A stretch of 64,000 nt of DNA from Candidatus Terrybacteria bacterium RIFCSPHIGHO2_01_FULL_48_17. GTDB lineage: Bacteria; Patescibacteriota; Minisyncoccia; Terrybacterales; 2-01-FULL-58-14. A model generated the notes under the pieces. That model ran no database searches. It saw only the letters and a list, made by a program, of their open reading frames with translations, and was not told where the DNA came from. Positions 28,128-37,596 of this stretch are shown piece after piece. The stretch spans positions 2,113-66,112 of the forward strand of contig MHSS01000015.1 of NCBI GenBank assembly GCA_001822835.1, given 5' to 3'. A program made the translations under genes and the position numbers. The stretch's first letter is position 1. Every line of letters starts with the position of its first letter.

Positions 28128-28211
28128 CGCAAAAATCAATGCATAACCGAGAACCCCCCATTGTCGATTGGAAACGGGGGGTTCGCATCTGTGAGATATC
28201 GAGTGAAACAA

Positions 28212-28550
28212 TTAGGACTCTTTCAAATCTTCCACGACTTTAGCCATGTCTTCGGCTGAAGTTTGGGGCCTCTGCAAGCGGCGTCCTGCATACCCGCCTT
28301 CGGGTTCCTCAATTTTAAGATTAACCCGGGCGTGATGCCGTAACCCCACGATTCTCAACAGAGTACGTAAGGCCTTTGCAGTAGCACCGTGGCGACCGAT
28401 CACCTCACCCATATCCTCTGGATGGGTTTTAAGAGTAAGCAATACGCCCATCTCGTCAACTCTACGATCGACTTTTACATCTTCGGGGTGATCCACAATG
28501 GCCTTCACTACAAATTCCACGAAATCTTTATCGCTCGGAAGTGCAGCCAT
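28212..28550 (-). CDS. KH-domain RNA-binding protein (YlqC/UPF0109 family)
   Basis: 112 aa with a KH GXXG loop (IGRHGATAKAL). Its position between rpsP and trmD is conserved. Confidence 0.7.
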   Translation of the reverse strand: MAALPSDKDFVEFVVKAIVDHPEDVKVDRRVDEMGVLLTLKTHPEDMGEVIGRHGATAKALRTLLRIVGLRHHARVNLKIEEPEGGYAGRRLQRPQTSAEDMAKVVEDLKES

Positions 28551-28668
28551 AGAAATTACAGATATATCAGAAAAACAAGTGCAAGAGGAACAGCGCGACC
28601 TTTATTCAAGCACCACCATATTGTGGTGGATTACCGCAAAACATCCATCTGCTCCAGCACGTAATACC

Positions 28669-28697
28669 TATATAGCAAATAAAGAAAAATTTGTCAA
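28669..28697 (-). promoter_or_regulatory. sigma70-type promoter (TTGACA-N17-TATATA) inside the rpsP-KH spacer
   Basis: Minus strand: cTTGACAaatttttctttatttgcTATATAgg. Confidence 0.5.
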
Positions 28698-28729
28698 GCC
28701 CCAAAAAATTTAGAAAAAGGAGCCGCCCA

Positions 28730-29128
28730 TTAGGCATCCTTGTCAGATTCCTCGACTGAAACTGCAGCGCTTTCTCGCGGATTCTCATCGACAGCCGTAG
28801 CAACTGCTGTTTCTTCTTGTTGTGATTCTGCCGACTGCGCGCCTGGTACATCTTTTTTCGCCGCGATTGCGTGCACGGGGCGCTTTGGTCCTTCTACAAT
28901 ACCCGCTCGTACCAACAAATTCCAAACGGGACTCGAAACTTGCGCGCCTTCTTTTATGCGGCTTGTTATTCGCTCCTTATTAATCTCGAAGGTTTTTTTA
29001 AGAGGATTATACCAGCCAAATTTTTCTATGTATTTGCCTCGGACTGGTTTTGACCGCTTCGGAACCAGCACCACCCGGAAAGCAGGTTGGTGCCGACGTC
29101 CGAATCTCATAAATCGGATTGTAAGCAT
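28730..29128 (-). CDS. rpsP: 30S ribosomal protein S16 with an acidic C-terminal extension
   Basis: Start MLTIRFMRFGRRHQPAFRVV at 29128. TTGACA-N17-CACAAT ends 8 nt upstream, which fits a leaderless transcript. The track start at 29155 is upstream of that. Confidence 0.85.
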   Translation of the reverse strand: MLTIRFMRFGRRHQPAFRVVLVPKRSKPVRGKYIEKFGWYNPLKKTFEINKERITSRIKEGAQVSSPVWNLLVRAGIVEGPKRPVHAIAAKKDVPGAQSAESQQEETAVATAVDENPRESAAVSVEESDKDA

Positions 29129-29164
29129 CGCAGTACATTGTGAGGCAACATCCAAATACTGTCA

Positions 29165-29195
29165 ATATCAAGAAAAAGCCCGCCGTGTGGCGGGT
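29165..29195 (-). terminator. rho-independent terminator of ftsH
   Basis: Hairpin gcccgcc-gtgt-ggcgggt directly after the ftsH stop, followed by a U-run on the minus strand. Confidence 0.65.
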
Positions 29196-31036
29196 TAGGA
29201 TTGGATAAGTTCTCCGAGAATCCTTTGCAGGTCCTCCCCTTCAAGCGTTTCAACGTCAAGGAGTTCCTGAACAAGACGCTCAAGCGCTTTGCGATGTTTG
29301 TTTAAAACCTCTTCTGCCGTTTTCCTTCCCATATCAACCAACCGAAACACTTCATTATCGATCTGTTCGGCAATATGATCGGAATAATCGCGCTGTTCAG
29401 TAATTTCCTTTCCCAAAAATACCAATTCTTGGCGCCTTCCAAATGTACGCGGACCAAGTGCCTCGCTCATGCCAAAACGCGTTACCATTTGGCGTGCCAA
29501 GTTTGTTGCGCGCTCAAGGTCGTTTTGCGGTCCGGTGGTATGGCCATGTTGTTTTAACAGCAGTTCCTCGGCTACAAGCCCTCCCATCAGCGTTGCAATC
29601 ATATCCTCAAACTGAACTTTGGTATAAAGAGAGCGATCTTCCTCAGAAAGGAAACGGGTGAAGCCGCCGGCGCTGCCTCGCGAAACAATGGTTATCTTAA
29701 CGGGAGGATCGGCATAAGGTAACGCAAAGCCAACGAGTGCATGTCCTGCCTCATGATAAGCAATTATTTTACGCTCTTTTTCGCTTATCACCCTGCTCTT
29801 GCGCTCCGGGCCTGCAATAATTCGATCAATTGCCTCATTGAGTTCGGCCATCGTGATTTTCGGCTTGCCGCGGCGAGCTGTTAAAATTGCTGCTTCATTG
29901 ATAAGATTGGCTAAATCTGCTCCAGAAAAACCGGGTGTCTGTTTTGCAAGCTTCTCAAGATCGCAATCATCAGCAAAAGGTTTTCCTTTTGCGTGTACTA
30001 GAAGAATTGCGTATCGGCCTTTACTATCAGGACGGTCAACCGTGACCTGGCGGTCAAAACGCCCTGGCCGCAACAGTGCGGGGTCAAGAATATCCGGACG
30101 GTTTGTTGCCGCAATTACGATCACATTGGTTGACGTGTCGAAACCATCCATCTCGACAAGAAGCTGATTTAGTGTCTGTTCGCGCTCGTCGTGGCCTCCG
30201 CCAACTCCTGCGCCGCGATGGCGCCCGACCGCATCAATTTCATCGATGAAAACGATACAAGGTTGATTCTTTTTCGCTTGCGCAAAAAGATCCCGCACGC
30301 GCGATGCACCCACTCCCACAAACATTTCGACAAACTGTGATCCCGAAATTTCCCAAAACGGCACCGAGGCCTCGCCCGCCACGGCTTTAGCAAGAAGTGT
30401 TTTGCCGCATCCCGGCGGACCTACCAATAACACGCCTTTTGGAATACGGGCCCCGAGTAACTGGAATTTCTGTGGACTTCGGAGAAACTCAACCACTTCA
30501 GTAAGCTCTTCTTTTGCCTCGTCAACACCTGCAACGTCTTGGAAGGTAACAAAAGGTCGTTTGCCTATCAGCGAGCGTGCGCGGCTTTTGCCAAAATTGG
30601 TTGCCTGGCTGTTTCCACCCTGCGCGCCCCGCAAAACAAAAAAAAGAAAACCCATGATCAAAAGGATTGGCAAAAAGGTAAGAAGAACCTTAAACAATCC
30701 CGACCAAAAGGATCCTTTTTCACGGGCAAAATCATAAGCGATATTATTCTGCCTAAGATCCTTCTGCAACGTTTCCATTGCTTGAGCGTTTATCTCTGTT
30801 TTTGCCGGCTTATCTACAAGGGTGTATTCGGCAATAAACCAGGTAACGTTGCTCTCTTTCAAAATGACCGTAGAGGAAATCTCTTTTGCTTGGATTGCCT
30901 CGGCAAAACGCGAATAAGGCACTTCTTCGGGTTTAGGTTTTGAGCCACCCGAAAGAAGAGGTAATACAAAGAAATATACCAAGAGAATCAAGACGCCAAG
31001 AATGACAAACCTTGAGAACCTACCTCGCCGTCCCAT
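29195..31036 (-). CDS. ftsH: ATP-dependent zinc metalloprotease FtsH
   Basis: Start at 31036 has a perfect AGGAGG SD 6 nt upstream. Two TM helices, AAA+ Walker [12 protein letters not shown], and the HEAGHA zinc motif. Confidence 0.9.
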   Translation of the reverse strand: MGRRGRFSRFVILGVLILLVYFFVLPLLSGGSKPKPEEVPYSRFAEAIQAKEISSTVILKESNVTWFIAEYTLVDKPAKTEINAQAMETLQKDLRQNNIAYDFAREKGSFWSGLFKVLLTFLPILLIMGFLFFVLRGAQGGNSQATNFGKSRARSLIGKRPFVTFQDVAGVDEAKEELTEVVEFLRSPQKFQLLGARIPKGVLLVGPPGCGKTLLAKAVAGEASVPFWEISGSQFVEMFVGVGASRVRDLFAQAKKNQPCIVFIDEIDAVGRHRGAGVGGGHDEREQTLNQLLVEMDGFDTSTNVIVIAATNRPDILDPALLRPGRFDRQVTVDRPDSKGRYAILLVHAKGKPFADDCDLEKLAKQTPGFSGADLANLINEAAILTARRGKPKITMAELNEAIDRIIAGPERKSRVISEKERKIIAYHEAGHALVGFALPYADPPVKITIVSRGSAGGFTRFLSEEDRSLYTKVQFEDMIATLMGGLVAEELLLKQHGHTTGPQNDLERATNLARQMVTRFGMSEALGPRTFGRRQELVFLGKEITEQRDYSDHIAEQIDNEVFRLVDMGRKTAEEVLNKHRKALERLVQELLDVETLEGEDLQRILGELIQS

Positions 31037-31109
31037 GGGGCACCTCCTGTTTGTATTTTCAAAAAACAAGTGGGTTTATCTTACCACAGGCATATAAAAA
31101 AGTAAACCC

Positions 31110-31145
31110 GCCACTAATATCGGACGGGTGATTTCCTAATACCCA
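31110..31145 (-). terminator. probable terminator downstream of rnc
   Basis: Minus strand: cacccgtc-cgatattagtg-gcgggt followed by ttacttttttat. Confidence 0.4.
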
Positions 31146-31154
31146 CATCAGCCC

Positions 31155-31844
31155 TTATTGCCACCGTTTTTTATGAAGTGCTTCCCGAGCCGCCTCTTGT
31201 TGAGCTTCTTGCTTAGAAAGGCCTTCGCCTTTTGCGATCAGCGTTTCCCCCAAATATACACCAACGCTAAAAGTTTTTGCATGGTCTGGGCCTCGCTCTG
31301 AAATCACCTTATAGGAAGGGGTGGTGCGCATTTTTTCCTGAGCCATTTCCTGAAATTGAGATTTTGGGTCACGGACGGATCCAGATACGAGGATGTCTTC
31401 AAGTTTTGGTAAAAGCGCTTTCCTTAGAAAATCTTTCACGGCATGAAATCCCTGATCAAGATATATTGCCCCCACAATTGCCTCACACGCATTTGCTAAA
31501 ATAACGTCGCGTGCACGACCCACATCCTTTGCTTCTCCCCGAGAAAGGCGGATGACGTCATTTACTTTTAGTTCATGAGCAACATGCGCTAATGTTTCTG
31601 CGCGTACCAGGGCGGCACGCAAATTGGTCAACTCGCCCTCTGGCTTTTCGGGGAAACGCTGGAACAAATATTCCGAGACCGCAAGCTCCAAAACCGCGTC
31701 GCCAAGAAACTCTAACCGTTCATTGTGCGGATATTTCCAACGGGGGTGTTCGTTTAAATACGAACGGTGGGTCAGGGCTTCCTCCAAGAGAACAGGATTT
31801 TTGAAAGAAACCCCGAGCCGCCGCTCAAAATCTGAGATATCCAT
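31155..31844 (-). CDS. rnc: ribonuclease III
   Basis: RNase III signature ERLEFLGDA plus a C-terminal dsRBD. Confidence 0.9.
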   Translation of the reverse strand: MDISDFERRLGVSFKNPVLLEEALTHRSYLNEHPRWKYPHNERLEFLGDAVLELAVSEYLFQRFPEKPEGELTNLRAALVRAETLAHVAHELKVNDVIRLSRGEAKDVGRARDVILANACEAIVGAIYLDQGFHAVKDFLRKALLPKLEDILVSGSVRDPKSQFQEMAQEKMRTTPSYKVISERGPDHAKTFSVGVYLGETLIAKGEGLSKQEAQQEAAREALHKKRWQ

Positions 31845-31945
31845 AGCATTCCTAATAAAAAAGTTTCTATTAGTTTCAATGCATTTCTACAAATTTCTCG
31901 TATTTCTGAAATGTATAGAAACGTGCTGCGCGAAATTTATGGAAA

Positions 31946-32422
31946 TTACTTGTCCTCTGTTTGCTCTTCTTCTTTTTTCTCTTTCACGTGTTCCTTCCCC
32001 GGTTCTCCAATTTCCCGGTAAATCGTTCCCAAAACGCCGTTTACAAAACGACCAGAAGATTCGCCACCAAAGTTTTTGGCAAGCTCAATTGCTTCATTAA
32101 TTGCGACTTTAGGAGGCACGGCCTCGCGATCTCCGAATAAAAGTTCGAAGATGCCGATACGTAGAACATTCCGATCTACCATCGCCACCTGCTCCACGGG
32201 CCATTCCGGGGCTGCCCGAGCAATAATCGAATCGAGCTTTTCCCGCTTTTTTAAAATACCCTTGACGAGATCCTGCGCAAAACCTTCGTCCTCAAGCCCT
32301 GGGGCAAATTCCGCATATGTTTTCTCAAGAAAATCGGACATCTGGGAATCTTCTTTTCCGTTGAAATCCCATGCGTATAATGCCTGCAAGGCAACAGAAC
32401 GGGCAAGGTGTCGAGAAGCCAT
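31946..32422 (-). CDS. nusB: transcription antitermination factor NusB
   Basis: 158 aa with a NusB family pattern and an acidic C-terminal tail. Confidence 0.8.
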   Translation of the reverse strand: MASRHLARSVALQALYAWDFNGKEDSQMSDFLEKTYAEFAPGLEDEGFAQDLVKGILKKREKLDSIIARAAPEWPVEQVAMVDRNVLRIGIFELLFGDREAVPPKVAINEAIELAKNFGGESSGRFVNGVLGTIYREIGEPGKEHVKEKKEEEQTEDK

Positions 32423-32530
32423 GTTCCTTAAAAATTTTAATTATTCTAATTTCTAATTGCTCTAATGCTTAGATATTGGAAAATTTCAAACATTCGTTAA
32501 AAATTAGGTCAATTAGAGCAATTGGAGATT

Positions 32531-32827
32531 TTAAAGTTGTGGAGCTTTGTGCGCGGGCACTATTTCTTCTCCTTGGCGCGCCTGACTTTCTGCCTCTGCG
32601 CGAGCAGCTTGTTCTTTTTCCTTCTTTTTGCGCTCCTTTTTTGTAAGTTTCGCAAGCGTATCAATAACTTCTGTAGTGCCATAATATCCGCATCGCCCAC
32701 AGACGAAATGGGAGATTTTCATCGCTTTACAATGGTTACAAACCACAAGTTGCGGCGCCAAAAGCCTAATTTGGCTCCGGCGTCTATTCCTGCGGCCTTT
32801 CGTATGCCGTTGTCGTGCGGTGCTCAT
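32531..32827 (-). CDS. rpmF: 50S ribosomal protein L32 with a Lys/Glu-rich C-terminal extension
   Basis: N-terminal RRNRRRSQ...CxxC...CGRCGYY zinc-ribbon pattern of bL32. It is 98 aa against a typical length of about 57. Confidence 0.75.
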   Translation of the reverse strand: MSTARQRHTKGRRNRRRSQIRLLAPQLVVCNHCKAMKISHFVCGRCGYYGTTEVIDTLAKLTKKERKKKEKEQAARAEAESQARQGEEIVPAHKAPQL

Positions 32828-32860
32828 AAAGGGTACAAGATATAGGGTACAGGGTATAGA

Positions 32861-33511
32861 TTAGTTTTGCAAGCTTTTAAGAAAACTTCTCCGATGGATG
32901 GAACACGGACCGAGTTCTTGTAATCGCCGATAATGTAATCTCGTGCCATACCCTTTGTGTATATCAAAGCCGTACTGGGGAAAATGCTGGTGATGCCGTT
33001 CCATAAGCTTATCGCGATGCACCTTTGCAATAATAGAGGCGGCAGCGATAAGCGAAATCTGCTCGTCCCCCTTAATTACCGTACATTGCCGCAACTGGGA
33101 TGGCGCGTAAAGGGAGCCGTCAAGCAATATAATAGAGTTTAGTCCCGACGCAAGGTCGGGATCCCGACTTCTTTTTTGATAGTTTCGATTGGGGCGTCGG
33201 GAGGAATAGGAATTAGGGAACAATTTATGCAAAACGGCGGCAACAGCACGATTAAGAGCCCTTGTAATCCCTTGTTTATCTATGATTTTTGGGCCAACTG
33301 AAGCTACTGCCCATCGGAAACCCTCATTGCTTTTGATTGTGCAGGAGAGGATTTCGCGCTGCCTTGAAGAAAGACGCTTCGAGTCCTTCAAACGTCCTGA
33401 TCCCTGAACCCTCAATCCTGAACCCCGTTTTGCCGCCACTGCCGCAACTGTAACAGGACCGGCAAGCGGCCCACGCCCAGCTTCATCAATACCAACAATC
33501 CACTGCACCAT
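32861..33511 (-). CDS. rnhB: ribonuclease HII, carrying two GC-rich insertions
   Basis: GIDEAGRGPLAGPV and DSKRLS motifs. The insertions (RGSGLRVQGSG; NSYSSRRPNRNYQKRSRDPDLASGLNS) are encoded by palindromic GC-rich DNA. Confidence 0.85.
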   Translation of the reverse strand: MVQWIVGIDEAGRGPLAGPVTVAAVAAKRGSGLRVQGSGRLKDSKRLSSRQREILSCTIKSNEGFRWAVASVGPKIIDKQGITRALNRAVAAVLHKLFPNSYSSRRPNRNYQKRSRDPDLASGLNSIILLDGSLYAPSQLRQCTVIKGDEQISLIAAASIIAKVHRDKLMERHHQHFPQYGFDIHKGYGTRLHYRRLQELGPCSIHRRSFLKSLQN

Positions 33512-33553
33512 TGTTTTTAATATAGCAGAATTCCTCCCATAGGGAGGAAATAA

Positions 33554-33775
33554 CTACTTTCGGAATGCCCAGAGGCCTTCACGTATGCCTATTATAAGAA
33601 AAACTGTGCCACTCGCGCAAAGTCCAAGGCCTACCCCCGCAAATAGACCGCCCAACGACCATGACTCTTCAAAAATACTAGTGACGACAAGCCAAAAAGA
33701 AAGTACCCCGCCAGCCGCCCAACCAAGACCCCAAGCAATAAGAAGTATTGCCGTCGCGACCATCTCTCCTTTCAT
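33554..33775 (-). CDS. hypothetical small membrane protein
   Basis: 73 aa with two TM helices. SD AAGGGAGAAAG sits 5 nt before the ATG. Confidence 0.45.
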   Translation of the reverse strand: MKGEMVATAILLIAWGLGWAAGGVLSFWLVVTSIFEESWSLGGLFAGVGLGLCASGTVFLIIGIREGLWAFRK

Positions 33776-33847
33776 TTTCTTTCTCCCTTTTTGTGTTGTA
33801 TAAAGTCCTAAATTCCTTTATAGCACAAGTATTTTTAACTGTCAAGC

Positions 33848-33875
33848 TTGTCGAGACAGCTCAATGCCATACAAT
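33848..33875 (+). promoter_or_regulatory. promoter (TTGTCG-N16-TACAAT) ending 6 nt before the dnaE ATG at 33882; leaderless
   Basis: TACAATaaagttATG. The -10 lies inside the track N-terminal extension (33864). Confidence 0.45.
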
Positions 33876-33881
33876 AAAGTT

Positions 33882-36800
33882 ATGGCATCTCGATTCGTCC
33901 ATTTACACGTCCACTCGCACTACTCATTTCTGGACGGACTTGCAAAAATTGATCAACTCGTTGCGCGCGCAAAAGAACTTGGCATGGATGCGCTCGCGAT
34001 CACCGACCACGGCGGCCTTTGGGGCGCCGTTGAGTTTTATAAAAAAGCAAAAGCGCAGGGCATTAAACCAATTATTGGCGCGGAGTTGTATGTCGCTACA
34101 CGTTCGCGTTTTGATCGCGATCCGCAACTTGATACCAGACGCTTTCATCTTACAGTTCTTGCCAAAAACAATATCGGCTACCAAAACTTGGTGAAACTCG
34201 TTACCAAAAGCCAACTAGAAGGTTTTTATTTTAAGCCGCGCGTGGACAAAGAGCTTTTGCGCACCTACCACGAAGGGCTTATTGCTTTATCGGGGTGTCT
34301 GGGAGGAGAAATTCCCCGTGCCATTGAATCGGGCAATATGAAACATGCCAACAATCTGCTTACCGAGTATCTGGATATTTTCGGTCGAGACAATTTTTTT
34401 CTTGAGCTTGGCGCACACAACAACATTCCTCAACAGAAAAAGCTTAATACAAAATTGATAGAACTTGGGAAACAATATAATGTGCCGCTGGTGGCCACAA
34501 ACGACATACATTATGTTTCTGCAGACGATAAAGACGCGCACGAGGTTTTGCTTTCTGTGCAAACCGCTTCGCGTTTTGACGATGAGAGCCGTCTTTCTTT
34601 GAAAACCGACGATTTTTCTTTAAAGTCCGCGGAACAAATGGATGCGTCTTTCCCCAACATGCCCGAGGTATTGAAAGAGAGCGCAAAAATTGCAGAACAA
34701 TGTAATGTTACTTTGCCAATCGGCGCCATTCAGCTTCCAATGTTCCCTGTTCCCGAAGGATACACGCCTGATTCATATCTTAAAAAATTATGCGATGAGG
34801 GACTTACAAAACGCTATGATGCAAATTACCCTCCCCAAGCATTGGAGCGGCTCTCATACGAACTTTCAGTGATTGAAAAAACTGGTTTCGCATCCTACTT
34901 TTTAATCGTGCAAGATTTTGTCAGTTGGGCAAAAGGGCAAGGAATCGTAGTGGGACCAGGACGCGGATCTGCCGCCGGATCATTTGTTGCGTATGTATTG
35001 GGCATCACCAATATTGATCCCCTGCGCTACGAGCTTTTGTTTGAGAGATTCTTAAACCCCGCCCGGGTATCGATGCCTGATATTGATCTTGATTTTGCCG
35101 ATTGGCGCCGCGATGAGGTAATCCAATATCTGCGCCAAAAATATGGCGACGAACACGTTGCCCAAATTGGGACTTTTGGCACCATGGCTGCACGTGCCGT
35201 GGTGCGCGACGCAGGCCGGTCTCTTGGATTCCCTTATAGTTTTTGCGACCGCGTGGCAAAGCTTATCCCTTTTGGCATGACGCTTGAACAAGCACTTAAG
35301 GCCTCCCAAGAACTCAGTCAGGCCTATGAAAACGAAGCTGATGTTGCGCGCCTCGTCGATTCCGGACGAAAACTTGAAGGAGTGGCCCGGCATATTTCAA
35401 CGCATGCGTGTGGGGTCGTCATCTCCAAAGAGCCGCTCACAAAACTGGTTCCACTGCAACACCCATCCCAGTCAGAGGAACACGTCATTTCACAATATGA
35501 AATGCATTCCATCGAAGATCTCGGGCTTTTGAAAATAGATCTGTTGGGCCTTCGGAATCTTTCAATTATTGAAGAAACCATCGGCCGTATCAAAAATACC
35601 TATAGAGAAGAGGTGGACATTGAGCGCTTACCGCTTGATGACGCAAAAACATTTGAGCTATTGCGAACGGCAGACACCACGGGCGTATTTCAATTGGAAG
35701 GCGGGGGCATGCGTAGATATTTAAAGGAACTTGTGCCTACGGAACTGGAAGATATTATTGCGATGATTTCTCTTTATCGCCCAGGTCCTATGGAGTTTAT
35801 CCCCTCCTTCATCAAACGAAAGCACGGAAAAGAGAAAGTGGAATATCTAGATCATGCGCTCGAATCAATACTCAAAAAGACCCATGGCATCGCTGTCTAC
35901 CAAGAACAACTCATGGAAATTGCCAGGCAGCTTGCCGGATTTTCGCTTGCCGAGGCAGATATGCTCCGCAAAGCTGTTGGAAAGAAAATTAAATCGCTTC
36001 TTAATGAGCAACATGAAAAACTTGTTGCCGGAATGATGCGAAACAAGATCACGAAAAATACTGCAGAAAAAATTTGGGAATGGATAATACCGTTCGCGCG
36101 ATATGGTTTTAATCGATCACATGGTGCCTGTTACGCAATGATTGCATATCAAACCGCATGGCTGAAAGCGCATTATCCTTATGAATTTATGGCGTCGCTG
36201 CTTAACCGGGAATATGGCATGGGAACCGATCGGGTTGCGGTTCTTATTCAGGAAGCGCGAGCCCATGAGATTAAAATTTTACCGCCAGATGTGAATGCGT
36301 CACGGGAAGGATTTACAGTTGTATATAAAGAAACTAAAAATCCTGGCGCAATTCGTTTTGGCCTTACTGCGATAAAAAATCTTGGGCATAATGTGGTAAC
36401 AAAAATAATTACTGAACGAGACACGAACGGTGCATATACTTCGCTTGAAAATTTCATAAAACGGATTGCCGGACCGGAATTTACTAAAAAAGCATTGGAA
36501 AGTTTAACGTATGCCGGAGCGCTAGACCAATTTGCGGAACGCAAAGCAATCCTTGAAAGCACGGATCAGATTCTTTCATTCGGAAAAGAAAGCCATAGAA
36601 ACGCACAATCGGGCCAGGGAAGTTTGTTCGACGAAACATCGACAGGAGCGACATTGCGTTTGAAAGAAACGAAGCCGGCAAGCAAACAAGAACGGCTTCG
36701 GTGGGAAAAAGATCATCTTGGGCTTTGGGTTTCCGAACATCCGCTTCGTAGCTATGAACGGCTTCTGGCAACCATTACTAAGCCAATTGAGATTATGCGT

Positions 36801-37091
36801 GATGCGGCAACGGGAAGACAATTACGCATTGGGGGTGTAATCACAAAAATTAAAAAGATCCTCACAAAGAAAGGAGAGCCGATGCTTTTTGTGAATGTCG
36901 AAGATATGTCAGGAACCACTGAAGTCGTTGTTTTCCCGAGAGTTTTAGAAAATTATCCGACTGCCTTTAAAGAGAATGCAATTGTGTTGCTTGACGGTAC
37001 GGTATCAGAACGCAATGGCGAGATGGGGTTTATTTGTGAGAGGGCGGAGGAGATTGTGGAGAAGGCAGAGGAGATAGTGAGAAGGGTATAG
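33882..37091 (+). CDS. dnaE: DNA polymerase III subunit alpha
   Basis: PHP domain (FVHLHVHSHYSFLDG), polymerase core, and a C-terminal OB region. Start chosen at MASRFVHL (33882); the alternative ATG is at 33864. Confidence 0.9.
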   Translation: MASRFVHLHVHSHYSFLDGLAKIDQLVARAKELGMDALAITDHGGLWGAVEFYKKAKAQGIKPIIGAELYVATRSRFDRDPQLDTRRFHLTVLAKNNIGYQNLVKLVTKSQLEGFYFKPRVDKELLRTYHEGLIALSGCLGGEIPRAIESGNMKHANNLLTEYLDIFGRDNFFLELGAHNNIPQQKKLNTKLIELGKQYNVPLVATNDIHYVSADDKDAHEVLLSVQTASRFDDESRLSLKTDDFSLKSAEQMDASFPNMPEVLKESAKIAEQCNVTLPIGAIQLPMFPVPEGYTPDSYLKKLCDEGLTKRYDANYPPQALERLSYELSVIEKTGFASYFLIVQDFVSWAKGQGIVVGPGRGSAAGSFVAYVLGITNIDPLRYELLFERFLNPARVSMPDIDLDFADWRRDEVIQYLRQKYGDEHVAQIGTFGTMAARAVVRDAGRSLGFPYSFCDRVAKLIPFGMTLEQALKASQELSQAYENEADVARLVDSGRKLEGVARHISTHACGVVISKEPLTKLVPLQHPSQSEEHVISQYEMHSIEDLGLLKIDLLGLRNLSIIEETIGRIKNTYREEVDIERLPLDDAKTFELLRTADTTGVFQLEGGGMRRYLKELVPTELEDIIAMISLYRPGPMEFIPSFIKRKHGKEKVEYLDHALESILKKTHGIAVYQEQLMEIARQLAGFSLAEADMLRKAVGKKIKSLLNEQHEKLVAGMMRNKITKNTAEKIWEWIIPFARYGFNRSHGACYAMIAYQTAWLKAHYPYEFMASLLNREYGMGTDRVAVLIQEARAHEIKILPPDVNASREGFTVVYKETKNPGAIRFGLTAIKNLGHNVVTKIITERDTNGAYTSLENFIKRIAGPEFTKKALESLTYAGALDQFAERKAILESTDQILSFGKESHRNAQSGQGSLFDETSTGATLRLKETKPASKQERLRWEKDHLGLWVSEHPLRSYERLLATITKPIEIMRDAATGRQLRIGGVITKIKKILTKKGEPMLFVNVEDMSGTTEVVVFPRVLENYPTAFKENAIVLLDGTVSERNGEMGFICERAEEIVEKAEEIVRRV

Positions 37092-37317
37092 GGCGAGCGC
37101 AACGGCAGGCCTGCTCGCGTCTGCAAGGGATCCTTCCGTTCCTTAAGGCCGCTCGCAGCCCCGCCGCTTGCGCTCTTATGTTACCCTCAGCCTCTTTATA
37201 AAGATGGATGAGAAAAGAGGTAAGAAAGGAAGCCCATGATACGGGCTCTTATATTTTTGACAGAATAATACTAGCAAAGGTATTAGAGAACATTGAAAAG
37301 GAAAAAGGAGGATGGAT

Positions 37318-37545
37318 ATGTATGACTTAATGGGTTTTCCTGAGGAAAATCTACAGCACTCCAGGATGCGGTTTAAACCAAATCCTGAACCCGTCGAAAC
37401 AACTCCCTCCTGTGATCGAGGATCCTGTTCGGGAAGGGGTTATAATTTTTGTTCGGAACATAACACACATCTCTGCAACGGACATTTTGGCTGGCACGTA
37501 AGGATGTTCCACAAAGCGCCCGAATCAGTTCGAGTGCATGGTTAG
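37318..37545 (+). CDS. hypothetical small Cys/His-rich protein (possible zinc ribbon)
   Basis: Strong SD AAAGGAGGA 6 nt before ATG 37318. Motifs CxxxxC...CxxxxxxC...H. It has its own terminator. Confidence 0.4.
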   Translation: MYDLMGFPEENLQHSRMRFKPNPEPVETTPSCDRGSCSGRGYNFCSEHNTHLCNGHFGWHVRMFHKAPESVRVHG

Positions 37546-37571
37546 ACCCCAAAACGGGGTCTTTGTTTTTG
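37545..37571 (+). terminator. rho-independent terminator
   Basis: gacccc-aaaac-ggggtc followed by tttgttttt. Confidence 0.7.
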
Positions 37572-37596
37572 TGCAAACATGTTTTACAATAATCGT

